In this document: positions 45,577 through 55,401 of the stretch, one piece after another
How the letters are laid out: the number at the start of each line of letters is the position of its first letter
Position numbering within the stretch: position 1 is the first letter of the stretch
NCBI GenBank assembly: GCA_964594835.1
Contig: CAZQNA010000005.1
Coordinates: forward strand, 85,419-149,418
DNA from: an uncultured Nitrososphaerota archaeon
Lineage (GTDB): Archaea > Korarchaeota > Korarchaeia > Korarchaeales > Korarchaeaceae
DNA length: 64,000 nt
Reading direction: 5' to 3'
Made by a program: the position numbers and the translations under genes
The notes under the pieces: model-generated
Database searches by the model: none
Told to the model about the DNA's origin: nothing
Seen by the model: only the letters and a program-made list of their open reading frames with translations

Positions 45577-46785
45577 ATGGCCAGGGTAGTCGTCGAGAGA
45601 TCGGCCCGCGTCCCCATGGACGACCAGCCAATCGAGATCGTCGAGAGGAAGGGGATAGGACACCCGGACACGATGTCGGATGCGATAATGGAGAGGGTCT
45701 CGCTGGAGCTCAATCGAGAGTACCTCCGGAGGTTCGGCGGGATCCTGCACTACAACGCGGACAAGTCCCTCCTTGCGGCGGGCGTCACGGAGCCCGCCTT
45801 CGGCGGCGGAAGGGTCGTGAAGCCCATGCTCATAGTGTTCGGGGACAGGGCCACCAACGTCTTCGCTGGCGAGGAGATACCGATAGAGGAGATCGTGGTC
45901 AGGGCCGCCAAGAGCTGGATAAGGGAGAACTTGAGGTTCGTCGATCCGGAGGAGCACGTGAAGTATCAGGTTGAGCTCAAGCCCGGGAGCGCCGAGCTCA
46001 CCGACATCTTCCGGAGGGGGGAGTCGAACCTGGGGGCCAATGACACCTCGGCCGCGGTGGGATACGCGCCCCTATCCAAGACTGAGAGGGCGGTCTTGGA
46101 GATAGAGAAGTTCCTTAACTCCCCGGAGTTCAAGAAGAGCCACCCTGAGACGGGCGAGGACATCAAGGTGATGGGCTACAGGGTTGAGGACAGGCTGGAC
46201 ATCACGGTGGCCCTCGCCTTCGTGGACAGGTTCGTCTCGAGCGAGTCTGAGTACTTCCGGATGAAGGAGGAGGTGTTGGAGGAGCTCAGGGCATTCGTGA
46301 ACGAGAGGTGGGACTTCCGGGAGATAAACATAGCGATTAACACCCTCGACCAGCCGGGGAGGGGGGTGGACGGGGTCTACCTGACCGTCCTGGGGACCAG
46401 CGCCGAGGGCGGCGACTCCGGCCAGGTTGGCAGGGGGAACGGCGTCAACGGGGTCATCCCGCTGATGAGGCCCAGGAGCAGCGAGGCCGCGGCTGGCAAG
46501 AACCCCGTCAGCCACGTGGGGAAGATCTACAACGTCCTCACTCACCACATCGCCCGCAGAATACACCAGGAGGTCTCGGGCGTCAGGGAGGCGTACGTGT
46601 GGCTCCTCAGCAAGATAGGATACCCGATAAGCGACCCCGAGCTGGCGGCGGCGGAGGTGACCGTGGAGCCGGGGCTCTCCCTCGACGACGTCAGGCCGTC
46701 GATTGAGGAGGTCATGAGGAGGGAGCTGGAGGACATCTCCAGCTTCGTGGACAGGCTGATAGAGGGCGAGATCCCCACCTACTGA
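45577..46785 (+). CDS. mat: Archaeal S-adenosylmethionine synthetase
   Basis: EIVERKGIGHPDT, HYNADK, ANDTS, GEDIKVMG, GDSGQVGRGN, GKNPVSHVGKIYN. Confidence 0.95.
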   Translation: MARVVVERSARVPMDDQPIEIVERKGIGHPDTMSDAIMERVSLELNREYLRRFGGILHYNADKSLLAAGVTEPAFGGGRVVKPMLIVFGDRATNVFAGEEIPIEEIVVRAAKSWIRENLRFVDPEEHVKYQVELKPGSAELTDIFRRGESNLGANDTSAAVGYAPLSKTERAVLEIEKFLNSPEFKKSHPETGEDIKVMGYRVEDRLDITVALAFVDRFVSSESEYFRMKEEVLEELRAFVNERWDFREINIAINTLDQPGRGVDGVYLTVLGTSAEGGDSGQVGRGNGVNGVIPLMRPRSSEAAAGKNPVSHVGKIYNVLTHHIARRIHQEVSGVREAYVWLLSKIGYPISDPELAAAEVTVEPGLSLDDVRPSIEEVMRRELEDISSFVDRLIEGEIPTY

Positions 46786-46790
46786 GGGGA

Positions 46791-47837
46791 TCAGGCCCTC
46801 GCCTCCACCCTCACCTCGTCGGGGTCGACGGCCCCGTTTCCGTTCTTGTCCCTCCAGTACACGATGGTGACGTTTGCCGAGAGGGCCGCCTGGAAGTTCG
46901 AGGTCGCCCACATCAGGCCGGCCCTCGTTCCGTACCTCGTTACCCCGCCGATGAACAGGGAGATGTCCCCCCCCTCCATCACCGGCACCACGGCGGCGTA
47001 GTCCTTGTACCCGTACTCCGACCTCAGGGTGACTCCCACGTACTTCAGGCCCACGTAGTAATCTCCAGCCCTGACGAACTCAGCGACGGACAGCGGCCAG
47101 TCAGGGTTCACCAGCGGGCCGCCCAGAATCACCTCCATACCCCCCGACCTGTCCGCGGAGTGTCTCTGGAAGTAGGCCGCGATCAGGTCTGAGCTCATGT
47201 CGGCGTCGACCTCGCTCCTCGCGACGAGCCGGAAGGCCTCGATGCTGGGATAGGGAGTCTCCTCGAGCTTGGCCGTGACGCTGCCCGACTGCGTGGGCTC
47301 CGAGTCTGGGTCGTCGGAGTCGCTGTACGAGACCGTGACCTCTATGATGTCACCGGGCTTGAGGACCGGGTCGGCCGGATCGCCCGTCTCGAGCGGGTAA
47401 ACGAGCTCGACGATGGTCCCGGAGGGGCCCTCCTTCCCCGCGGCCGCCAGGACGTTGAAGCTGTCAAGGTCGCCTGGAGGGACCCCATCCATGACCTTCC
47501 TGTCCTCGATGTGAAGCTGGCCCGAGGACACCCAGGCAACGATCAGGTTTGCCCACCCTCCCTCTCCCGCCTTCCTCCAGGATATGGCCACGTACCCCTT
47601 TCCGGGGCTGGACAGGCCAATGTAGAGCCTCTGACCGTCGTGCATCCAGTGGACGGTCACCCCGCCAGCTGAGAAGGAGGTAGGATACTCTTCAGGCCCG
47701 ATGGCACCCATTAGGGTCAGGTACTTCGGGTAAGGCACGCACGGGACCAGGACGTAGCCCTGGGCGGTCGTCAGAGAGGGTGCAGAGATCGGAGTCAGGA
47801 TCAGCGCCAGAGAGATCATTGCGGCAGATCTGAGCAT
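46791..47837 (-). CDS. Exported DOMON-like protein with S-layer-like C-terminal domain
   Basis: Signal peptide; LYIGLSSPGKGYVAISW..NLIVAWV; C-terminal LGGPLVN..GVTRYGT..WRDKNGNG. Confidence 0.7.
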   Translation of the reverse strand: MLRSAAMISLALILTPISAPSLTTAQGYVLVPCVPYPKYLTLMGAIGPEEYPTSFSAGGVTVHWMHDGQRLYIGLSSPGKGYVAISWRKAGEGGWANLIVAWVSSGQLHIEDRKVMDGVPPGDLDSFNVLAAAGKEGPSGTIVELVYPLETGDPADPVLKPGDIIEVTVSYSDSDDPDSEPTQSGSVTAKLEETPYPSIEAFRLVARSEVDADMSSDLIAAYFQRHSADRSGGMEVILGGPLVNPDWPLSVAEFVRAGDYYVGLKYVGVTLRSEYGYKDYAAVVPVMEGGDISLFIGGVTRYGTRAGLMWATSNFQAALSANVTIVYWRDKNGNGAVDPDEVRVEARA

Positions 47838-47946
47838 ACCCCTGAGCCTTCACCCGAGCTTAATTCACTTTGCATCGTCGCTGAACGAGGTCGGGTTCTC
47901 ACTTCGTGCCACATGTTTATTTCCCCGGGCTCCTCCTGCAGGGCAG

Positions 47947-48927
47947 ATGCCTCGCAAGGTTGAGGTGAAGGTCCCGGAGGACGCCGGGGGTGGGCTCTCG
48001 AAGTTCCTCGGGATCATCCTGCTCCTGGCCATCGTCGCGATATCGGCCCACAGGGTCGTGTTCAGGGTTGACCTGGGATACGCCGGGGTCGTCGTGGACC
48101 CCATCACCGGCTACATCTCGTCGGATCCCGTGATAGGCCCGAGGATCGGCTTCAAGGCTCCATGGAGGATCGTGAAGGACGTCTACGTTGCCACCGACGC
48201 CGTCCACATGTGGACGGAGTACCAGCAGGCGCTCGTCGGGAAGGGGGAGCTGATCGGCGACTACCCCGCCATAGAGACGCTGACGAAGGACGGCCTGCAG
48301 GCGTGGATAGACCTGACGGTCAGGTGGCGCATAAGGCCGGAGTACGCGCCCGCGATAGTGAGGTCCTACCCCAACCTGGACTACGAGGACAAGTTCCTGA
48401 TTCCGGAGATCAGGAAGGTGGCGAGGGACGTGGTGGCGCAGTACGAGGCCGCCATGATATCGGAGGTCCGCCAGAGGATCGGGCTGGAGATAATGGAGCG
48501 CCTGCAGAGGAACCTGGACGCGGACGAGAAGGTCGGAGGGGCCTTCGTGATAGACGAGGTCTACGTGAGGAACATAAGGCTGCCCGACGAGTTCATGAAC
48601 GCGATTCAGGAGAAGCTGGCGGCCCAGCAGAGGATGATAGCCGCCCAGTACGAGAGGAACAGGACCCTCATCCTGGCCAACGCGTCGGCTCAGGCTAAGA
48701 TAATGGAGGCCCAGGGGGAGGCGCAGGCGAGGGTGATTCAGGCCAAGGCTCTGTCCGACGCCATAGAGCTGATAGCCCAGGCCGGTGGTAATCGAGAGGC
48801 CGTGGCCCAGCTCTACGTCCTACTCCAGAACCTGGCGCAGCTCCAGGCCAACGGCACCAGGTTCATCGTGGTCCTGTCGCCCGAGGGGGCCCAGCTGCCG
48901 ATCCTCTACCCGGTGGGTGAGGGCTGA
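47947..48927 (+). CDS. SPFH/prohibitin (band 7) protein
   Basis: N-terminal TM, TKDG, VRNIRLP, AIQEKLAAQQ, AQGEAQA. Confidence 0.88.
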   Translation: MPRKVEVKVPEDAGGGLSKFLGIILLLAIVAISAHRVVFRVDLGYAGVVVDPITGYISSDPVIGPRIGFKAPWRIVKDVYVATDAVHMWTEYQQALVGKGELIGDYPAIETLTKDGLQAWIDLTVRWRIRPEYAPAIVRSYPNLDYEDKFLIPEIRKVARDVVAQYEAAMISEVRQRIGLEIMERLQRNLDADEKVGGAFVIDEVYVRNIRLPDEFMNAIQEKLAAQQRMIAAQYERNRTLILANASAQAKIMEAQGEAQARVIQAKALSDAIELIAQAGGNREAVAQLYVLLQNLAQLQANGTRFIVVLSPEGAQLPILYPVGEG

Positions 48928-49343
48928 TGAGGGCGAACCTGAGGGCCGTCCACGTTCTCAGGCTTGATCCGGGGGAGGAGGTCGTCTCCACACTCACCGA
49001 CAGGCTCGGGGACCTGGGCGTGAAGGGCGCGGCGGTGCTCGGGATAGGCGGGGTGAGGGAGGCGAGGGTCGGAGTCTACGATCCCTCGGCGGGGGTCTAC
49101 AGGGAGAGGTCCGTCAAGGGGTTCCACGAGGTGGTCTCCCTGCTGGGCAACGTCTCCGTCAGGGAGGGCGGGAGTCTCTTCACGCACCTCCACATCTCGC
49201 TGGCCGGAGAGTCAGGGATCCTGGCCGGGCACCTCCTGGAGGCGGTGGTGGAGCCGACACTAGAGGTCTTCGTCTTCGAGCTGGACTCGCAGATCATGAG
49301 GACTCTCAAGACCCCCTACGGCTTCGTGGCCCTGGACGTGTGA
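48927..49343 (+). CDS. PPC/DUF296 domain protein
   Basis: RLDPGEE, GIGG, EVVSLLGNV, HLH, AGHL, TLEV. Confidence 0.9.
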   Translation: MRANLRAVHVLRLDPGEEVVSTLTDRLGDLGVKGAAVLGIGGVREARVGVYDPSAGVYRERSVKGFHEVVSLLGNVSVREGGSLFTHLHISLAGESGILAGHLLEAVVEPTLEVFVFELDSQIMRTLKTPYGFVALDV

Positions 49344-49354
49344 TATCCGTCCGC

Positions 49355-49720
49355 CTACCTGTCCGGGGGGACTCCCTTGAGGGGGATCAGGCACAGGAAC
49401 TCCAGGTCCCCCTCCCCCGTGTTCTCGTAGTAGTGCTCCACGTTGGGGGGTATGTAGAGGAAGGTCCCCTCGCCCACCCGGTACTCCTCCCCGCCGATCC
49501 TGACCATCCCGCTGCCCCTGAGGACGAAGATCTCGTGCTCCCAGTCGTGGGAGTGGGTCGGGATCGAACCTCCAGGACCAACCCTGAATACCCTCATGGC
49601 GAAGTTCGGGGCCCCGTCCCTCCTGGAGATCAGCCACCTGATGGTCGTGTTGACGGCCACGTCGACGGGCTCCTCAGGGACGTCCAGGTAGCTGCCCACC
49701 TTCGGCCTCAAGGCGGTCAC
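49355..49720 (-). CDS. Cupin_2 protein (paralog of 35737-36093)
   Basis: APNFAMRVF, HSHDWEHE, IPPNVEH. Confidence 0.85.
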   Translation of the reverse strand: MTALRPKVGSYLDVPEEPVDVAVNTTIRWLISRRDGAPNFAMRVFRVGPGGSIPTHSHDWEHEIFVLRGSGMVRIGGEEYRVGEGTFLYIPPNVEHYYENTGEGDLEFLCLIPLKGVPPDR

Positions 49721-49738
49721 CGGGGTCCGGCGCGCCGA

Positions 49739-50656
49739 CTATGACTTAACCTCTCCCCCGCGCCTGGGCACCCTCACCTTAGCGACCTCTCCCAGGAACG
49801 ACTTGAGGTGCCTGACGAGATCTTGGAGCCTCTTGCTCGCCTCCGAGGCCCTCTTCTTCATGAGCTCGCAGTCCCTGTCCCCGAACTTCAGGGGGAAGGT
49901 GGCCTGGAGCCTTATGGGCGTGATGGAGATCGCCCTCTCCACCATGAGCGCGTACAGGTCGGTCCCCCTCTCCCTCTCCCCCACGCTCAGGGGGTTCGAG
50001 CCGATCCAGTAGTAGGGCTTGCCCCGGGGGTCGAGCCTCTCCAAGATGTAGTTCTCGAACTTCGTCCACCCCAGCCTGGTCAGCCTCACCGGGGTGTCGT
50101 CTGAGATTCGGAACGGGAAGTTCACGTTCAGTAGATCCACCCCCTCCGGGAGGCCGTTCTCGAGGACCCACGCCGCGATCTCGGCGGCGACCCTGCCGTG
50201 GGTGGAGAACGCCTCGGGGGTGGTGGGCCTGTGGGCCTCGGGTATCTCGGCGGAGAAGGCCACGGCGGGGATCCCGTTGAGGACGCCCTGGATGGCCCCG
50301 GCTATCGTCCCGCTGGTGAACAGGTTGTCCACGGTTATGTTGTCCCCCATGTTTATCCCGCTGAGGACAAGGTCGGGGCGGTCGGCCATGATCTCCCCCA
50401 GGGCTATCATCACGCAGTCGCCGGGCGTCCCGCTGACCAGGTAGGCCTTCCCGTATCTCCCCCTCCCCAGCTTGGCGTAGATCTCCCTGACCCTGAGGGG
50501 CTTGTGCAGGGTCACCCCCTTCCCGGCGGCGCTCATCTCCCTCTCTGGAACGACGCAGGTGACCTCTCCGACCTCCCTGTCCAGCAGCGCCCGCCACATC
50601 GCCCGTAGGGCCGGGGAGTTGACGCCGTCGTCGTTGGTGACGAGAATGGAGGGCAT
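49739..50656 (-). CDS. surE: 5'/3'-nucleotidase SurE
   Basis: ILVTNDDG, SGTPGDC, LSGINMGDN, SGTIAGA, NVNFP, ISITP. Confidence 0.93.
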   Translation of the reverse strand: MPSILVTNDDGVNSPALRAMWRALLDREVGEVTCVVPEREMSAAGKGVTLHKPLRVREIYAKLGRGRYGKAYLVSGTPGDCVMIALGEIMADRPDLVLSGINMGDNITVDNLFTSGTIAGAIQGVLNGIPAVAFSAEIPEAHRPTTPEAFSTHGRVAAEIAAWVLENGLPEGVDLLNVNFPFRISDDTPVRLTRLGWTKFENYILERLDPRGKPYYWIGSNPLSVGERERGTDLYALMVERAISITPIRLQATFPLKFGDRDCELMKKRASEASKRLQDLVRHLKSFLGEVAKVRVPRRGGEVKS

Positions 50657-50660
50657 CCTC

Positions 50661-51377
50661 TCACTCCCCGCCCAGCGCCGACATGACCACGTCGACGGCG
50701 AACTTCTCCTCCGGCTGGACCCCCACCAGCCTGCCCTTCGCCACCCACTCCCCGTCCTCGAGGACGTAAACGACCGTGTCTGGGACGGCGCTCACCCCCA
50801 GCGAGTCCGCCAGGTCCGGGTTCTCCCAGGCCTCCACGGTCTCGGACTCTATGGTCTTCGGGACCGCTATGGCGAACTTGTTGGCCAGGAGCACCTGGTG
50901 GGGGCAGTAGGGACAGGTCGGCGTCACGTAGACCTGGAGCCTGACTCGCTTACCGAGCTCTGCGAGCTTCCTGAGCGCCCCCACAGTGCCCTGAGAGAGC
51001 CCGCTCTCGCCCTTGGAGGTGAGTATTATGGTCTCTAGGAAGGCCCACGCCTCGTAGCCCGAGGGGGCGCCCGTGTACCTGATCGCCACCCTGTCGGGTC
51101 CTATCAGGACGGTGGGCGTCCTCCTGGGGTCGACCCCGAGTTCCTCCGCCTCTTCCCTACCGTTGTTCACGTCGACTATCCTGGGAACCACCTTCTCGCT
51201 CAGCTCGGCTATCTCCCTTATGAGCTGGGCCGTCCACTGGGAGTACTCGGCGTTGTGACTCCCCACCACCGTGACGACCTCTACCGGGTCCCCCATCTCG
51301 GCCTCGAGCCTGGCCTTGAGTTCGGAAGCCGTCTTTTCGTCAATTATTCTATCGTGAACGTGCTCGTGCTGTCCCAA
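50661..51377 (-). CDS. Protein disulfide oxidoreductase (two thioredoxin folds, single CxxC)
   Basis: IRYTGAPSGYE..FL, TPTCPYC, VSAVP; the first active site reads AEYS. Confidence 0.85.
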   Translation of the reverse strand: MGQHEHVHDRIIDEKTASELKARLEAEMGDPVEVVTVVGSHNAEYSQWTAQLIREIAELSEKVVPRIVDVNNGREEAEELGVDPRRTPTVLIGPDRVAIRYTGAPSGYEAWAFLETIILTSKGESGLSQGTVGALRKLAELGKRVRLQVYVTPTCPYCPHQVLLANKFAIAVPKTIESETVEAWENPDLADSLGVSAVPDTVVYVLEDGEWVAKGRLVGVQPEEKFAVDVVMSALGGE

Positions 51378-51594
51378 TAGATCACCTCGCGGTCCCTCGC
51401 CGACACGAGGGTATTTAAGTTATTCTCAGCCCTGCAGGGGCCTCGGGGGGCCCTCAGCACCATCCGAACGGTTCAGATCCCAGTTCAGCCTGATCCGGGT
51501 GGGTTGGGGGGCCCGTCGGGGGAGGAGATTAGTCCCCGCTCTACTGTGTCAACGTTTTTTACGTCCCGGGGGCGGGTCGCGGGGGTGTCCCCGA

Positions 51595-52176
51595 ATGCTC
51601 GAAATCAGGTGGCACGGCCGGGGGGGCCAGGGCGTCTGGAGCGCCTCTGCGGTCCTGGCCTCTGCGGCCATAGGCACGGGGAAGTACGCGCAGTCCTTCC
51701 CACAGTTCGGACCGGAGAGGACCGGCGCGCCCGTCTTGGCCTTCAACAGAATCGACGAAAGGCCCATAGTCGTCCACTCCATGATCTACGAGCCAGACGT
51801 TGTTGTCGTCATAGACAGGACCCTCCTCTCAGACAGGGACGCGATCTTGGGTGGCCTCAGGCCCGGGGGGCACCTCATCGCGGACACAGACGAGTCCCCT
51901 GAGGCCCTGAGGTCCAGGCTCAACGTTCCCGACAGCATCCACGTGTGGACCATGGATGCCGTGTCCCTCGCCCTCGACGAGATAGGCAGGGCCGTGACCA
52001 ACACCCCGATGCTCGGGGCCGTGATCAAGGCCACGGGGGTCGTACCTCTGGAGGCGGTCGAGGGGTCGATCCGGGAGAGGTGGAAGGGAGAGATAGGGGA
52101 GAAGAACGTCAAGGCTGTGAGGAGGGCGTTCAGCGAGGTGGCCCACTCCCCGGCTAAGGCGGAGGTGACCGCTTGA
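51595..52176 (+). CDS. porG: Pyruvate/2-oxoacid:ferredoxin oxidoreductase gamma subunit
   Basis: EIRWHGRGGQG, SFPQFGPERTGAP, NTPMLGA. Confidence 0.92.
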   Translation: MLEIRWHGRGGQGVWSASAVLASAAIGTGKYAQSFPQFGPERTGAPVLAFNRIDERPIVVHSMIYEPDVVVVIDRTLLSDRDAILGGLRPGGHLIADTDESPEALRSRLNVPDSIHVWTMDAVSLALDEIGRAVTNTPMLGAVIKATGVVPLEAVEGSIRERWKGEIGEKNVKAVRRAFSEVAHSPAKAEVTA

Positions 52177-52448
52177 TGTCTGCTCTGAAGGGTTGGAGGG
52201 AGATTCCCATAGGAGGGGTTCCGTTCGAGCCGGCGGCCAAGTACAAGACCGGCGACTGGAGGGTCTTCAAGCCCGTCATCGACAACGAGAAGTGCATCAA
52301 GTGCGGCCTGTGCTGGGTGTTCTGCCCGGACAGCTCCATAGTCTGGGACGGAGACGGCTTCCCCACGGTTGACTACGAGCACTGCAAGGGCTGCGGGATC
52401 TGCGCGCACGAGTGCCCGACCAAGGCCATCGAGATGGTTAGGGGATGA
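52173..52448 (+). CDS. porD: POR delta subunit (2x 4Fe-4S)
   Basis: KTGDWR, CIKCGLCWVFCP, CKGCGICAHECP. Confidence 0.93.
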   Translation: MMSALKGWREIPIGGVPFEPAAKYKTGDWRVFKPVIDNEKCIKCGLCWVFCPDSSIVWDGDGFPTVDYEHCKGCGICAHECPTKAIEMVRG

Positions 52449-53704
52449 TCGTCGGGGTGAGCGAGATGGCCAAGTCCATCCAGCAGAGGATGATGTCCCT
52501 CAATGGGGATGAGGCGGTTGCCTGGGCGGCTAGGCAGAGCAACGTCGACGTCGTGGCCGCCTTCCCGATAACCCCCCAGACGATAATCATGGAGAGGATA
52601 GCCGAGTTCATCCACGACGGTCTGATGGACTCCGAGATAATCAGGGTCGAGAGCGAGCACAGCGCCCTGAGCGCCTCCTGGGGCGCCTCGGTCGCCGGGG
52701 CGAGGGCATTCACGGCCACGGCCGCCAACGGCCTGGCCCTCATGTGGGAGATCCTCTACATCGTCGCGTCCAGCAGGGCCCCGGTGGTGATGGCAGTCGT
52801 CAACAGGGCACTGAGCGCCCCCATCAACATCCACTGTGACCACAGCGACTCTATGGGAGCCAGGGACTCTGGCTGGATCCAGATCTACAGTGAGGACGCC
52901 CAGGAGGCTTACGACAACACGATCCAGGCCTTCAGGATAGCGGAGCACGAGGACGTCCAGCTCCCGGTCATGGTAATGCTGGACGGCTTCCTGATCTCCC
53001 ACACTATGCAGAACGTCCAGATCCTGCCTGAAGACGTGGTGTCGGACTTTGTGGGTTACAGGAAGCCCTCAAAGATAAGGCTGCCCGAGTTCTACGGCGA
53101 GAAGGACATCCCGTTCATGCTGAACCCCAGGTACCCGATCTCAATAGGCCCGCTGGACCTCTACGACTACTACTTCGAGCACAAGATGCAGCAGATCGAG
53201 GCCATGGGCAGGGCCCCGGAGGTGATCAAGCAGATTCACAGGGAGTTCGCCGAGATCAGCGGGAGGTCCTACGGCGACGGCCTGCTCGATCCCTACAGGG
53301 CAGACGACGCGGACGTCCTCATAATCGGGATCGGGAGCACGATGGGCACCATGAAGGCGGTCGTCGACGAGCTGAGGGAGGAGGGCAAGAGGGTCGGCTC
53401 CGTCAGGGTCAGGACCTTCAGGCCCTTCCCGGCCGACGAGATCAGGAGGTTCGCCTCGGGGGTCTCCTCCGTCGGGGTGCTGGACAGGAGCGCGAGCTTC
53501 GGCGCAGAGGGCGGCCCGCTGTTCCTGGAGGTGAGGTCGGCCCTCTACGCTCTCAGGGACAGGCCTCCGGTCCTGGGATACATCTACGGGCTTGGAGGAA
53601 GGGACATGCCGCCCAAGCTGCTGAAGAAGATCGCTGAGGAGGTCCTGAGCGCCAGAGAGGAGCCTGAGAGGCCCAGGATAACCTTCCCGGGGGTGAGGGA
53701 GTAG
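52445..53704 (+). CDS. porA: POR alpha subunit
   Basis: AAFPITPQT, VESEHSA, NRALSAPINIHCDH, GLGGRD. Confidence 0.93.
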   Translation: MIVGVSEMAKSIQQRMMSLNGDEAVAWAARQSNVDVVAAFPITPQTIIMERIAEFIHDGLMDSEIIRVESEHSALSASWGASVAGARAFTATAANGLALMWEILYIVASSRAPVVMAVVNRALSAPINIHCDHSDSMGARDSGWIQIYSEDAQEAYDNTIQAFRIAEHEDVQLPVMVMLDGFLISHTMQNVQILPEDVVSDFVGYRKPSKIRLPEFYGEKDIPFMLNPRYPISIGPLDLYDYYFEHKMQQIEAMGRAPEVIKQIHREFAEISGRSYGDGLLDPYRADDADVLIIGIGSTMGTMKAVVDELREEGKRVGSVRVRTFRPFPADEIRRFASGVSSVGVLDRSASFGAEGGPLFLEVRSALYALRDRPPVLGYIYGLGGRDMPPKLLKKIAEEVLSAREEPERPRITFPGVRE

Positions 53705-53707
53705 GGG

Positions 53708-54718
53708 GTGGTTGATGTGGCCGAGACGAAGTGGGTTCCGAACCTCAGGCAGATCGCGAAGGAGATGCACGAGAGGGGCTTCACGGGAATAACCCCCGGT
53801 CACAGGCTATGCGCTGGCTGCGTCGCTGGAACCATAGTCAGGCAGGTCATGATGGCGGCCAGGAAGCCGGTCGTGGTGCTGAACGCCACCGGGTGCCTGG
53901 AGGTGGCCACCACGATATTCCCGTACACCGCCTGGCAGGTCCCCTGGGCGCACAACGCCTTCGAGAACGCGGCAGCCGTGGCATCTGGGGTTGAGAGGGC
54001 CCAGAAGAAGCTCCTCAGGGACCGGAGGTTCGAGGGAGATCCGGACATCGAGCTGGACTACGACATTGTCGTCTTCGGCGGGGACGGAGGCACCTACGAC
54101 ATAGGCCTCCAGGCGCTCTCCGGAGCGCTGGAGAGGGGCCACAAGTTCATGTACGTGCTCTACGACAACGAGGCCTACATGAACACGGGCATTCAGAGGT
54201 CCGGGAGCACTCCCTACGGCGCCTGGACCACCACGACGCCCGCCGGCAGGGTGATCCCGGGCAAGCCCGTGGGGAAGAAGCCCCTCGTCGACATAATCGC
54301 GGCCCACAGGATACCCTACGTCGCGACGGTCTCACCCTACTACTGGAACGACGCGCTGGTCAAGTTCAGGAGGGGGTTCGAGACCGACGGCCCGGTGTTC
54401 ATCAGGGCGTTCTCCACCTGCAACAGGGGGTGGTACAACGCCCCGGAGGAGTCCATAGCCATCTCCAGGCTGGCCGTGGAGACGTGCGTCTTCCCGCTCT
54501 ACGAGGTGATAGACGGCGTGGAGTGGAGGATCTCGCCGCCGAGCCTGGCCATAGCCAAGAACCCAGACCGGAAGAAGCCCGTCGAGGAGTACCTGAAGAC
54601 CCAGCGCAGGTTCAGGCACATGTTCGAGCCCGAGAACAGGTGGATGATCAAGCGCTTCCAGGAGATGGTCGACTACGAGTGGGAACTCCTCCTCGAGCGC
54701 GCGGGTCTGAAGGGCTGA
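53708..54718 (+). CDS. porB: POR beta subunit
   Basis: GHRLCAGC, ATGC, GGDGGTYDIG..DNEAYMNTGIQRS. Confidence 0.93.
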   Translation: MVDVAETKWVPNLRQIAKEMHERGFTGITPGHRLCAGCVAGTIVRQVMMAARKPVVVLNATGCLEVATTIFPYTAWQVPWAHNAFENAAAVASGVERAQKKLLRDRRFEGDPDIELDYDIVVFGGDGGTYDIGLQALSGALERGHKFMYVLYDNEAYMNTGIQRSGSTPYGAWTTTTPAGRVIPGKPVGKKPLVDIIAAHRIPYVATVSPYYWNDALVKFRRGFETDGPVFIRAFSTCNRGWYNAPEESIAISRLAVETCVFPLYEVIDGVEWRISPPSLAIAKNPDRKKPVEEYLKTQRRFRHMFEPENRWMIKRFQEMVDYEWELLLERAGLKG

Positions 54719-54806
54719 GGGCCCTCGGCCCCCATCCCTCCCATTTTTCTCCCCCCGGGCCGGGAAATCTTTTTGGGATGGTGGAGGACCCCCGGAGGGA
54801 TTTGAA

Positions 54807-55085
54807 GTGGCCGAGAGGAGGGTTCACATCAGGATCAGCGGGATAGTTCAGGGGGTCGGTTTCAGGGCGTTCGTCTGGAGGAACGCGCGGTCCCTCGGCC
54901 TGAGGGGCTACGTGAAGAACCTACCCGACGGAACGGTGGAGGTGGTGGCCGAGGGCGAGGAAGAGGCGCTCAGGAAGCTCGTTGAATTGTGCTGGAGGGG
55001 CCCGGCGTTCGCCAGGGTTGACTCGGTGGAGGAGCGCTGGGAGGACCCGAGGGGAGAGTACACGGACTTCTCCATAGCCTGGTGA
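54807..55085 (+). CDS. acyP: Acylphosphatase
   Basis: GIVQGVGFR, GYVKNLPDGTVE. Confidence 0.93.
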   Translation: MAERRVHIRISGIVQGVGFRAFVWRNARSLGLRGYVKNLPDGTVEVVAEGEEEALRKLVELCWRGPAFARVDSVEERWEDPRGEYTDFSIAW

Positions 55086-55102
55086 GATCTCCTCTCAGGC
55101 CG

Positions 55103-55360
55103 TCACTCCTCCTCCCAGAAGTCCTCCTCCGCCAGACCCCAGTCCTCCTCCTCTTCCTCCTCCGTCTCCCAGAGGTCCTCGTCTTCCAGCCAGCTCTCCT
55201 CTTCGAAGCCCTCCTCTATGAGGTCGACCTCCTCAACGACTCCCTCGGAGATGATCACGTGCAGGAGGGCCTTGCAGGATGGACAGGTGACCTCCCCCTC
55301 GTAGTCCATCTCCTCAATCTTGAAGTGGGCCCCGCAGGAGGGGCAGACTATCTCGGGCAT
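55103..55360 (-). CDS. LysW-like Zn-ribbon protein with extended acidic/Trp tail
   Basis: CPSC..GEVTCPSC..LHV; tail contains EDWG internally and ends DFWEEE. Confidence 0.65.
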   Translation of the reverse strand: MPEIVCPSCGAHFKIEEMDYEGEVTCPSCKALLHVIISEGVVEEVDLIEEGFEEESWLEDEDLWETEEEEEEDWGLAEEDFWEEE

Positions 55361-55401
55361 GGCTCACGCCGCGGCGGGCCCCGGCCGTCCGATTCATAAA
55401 C

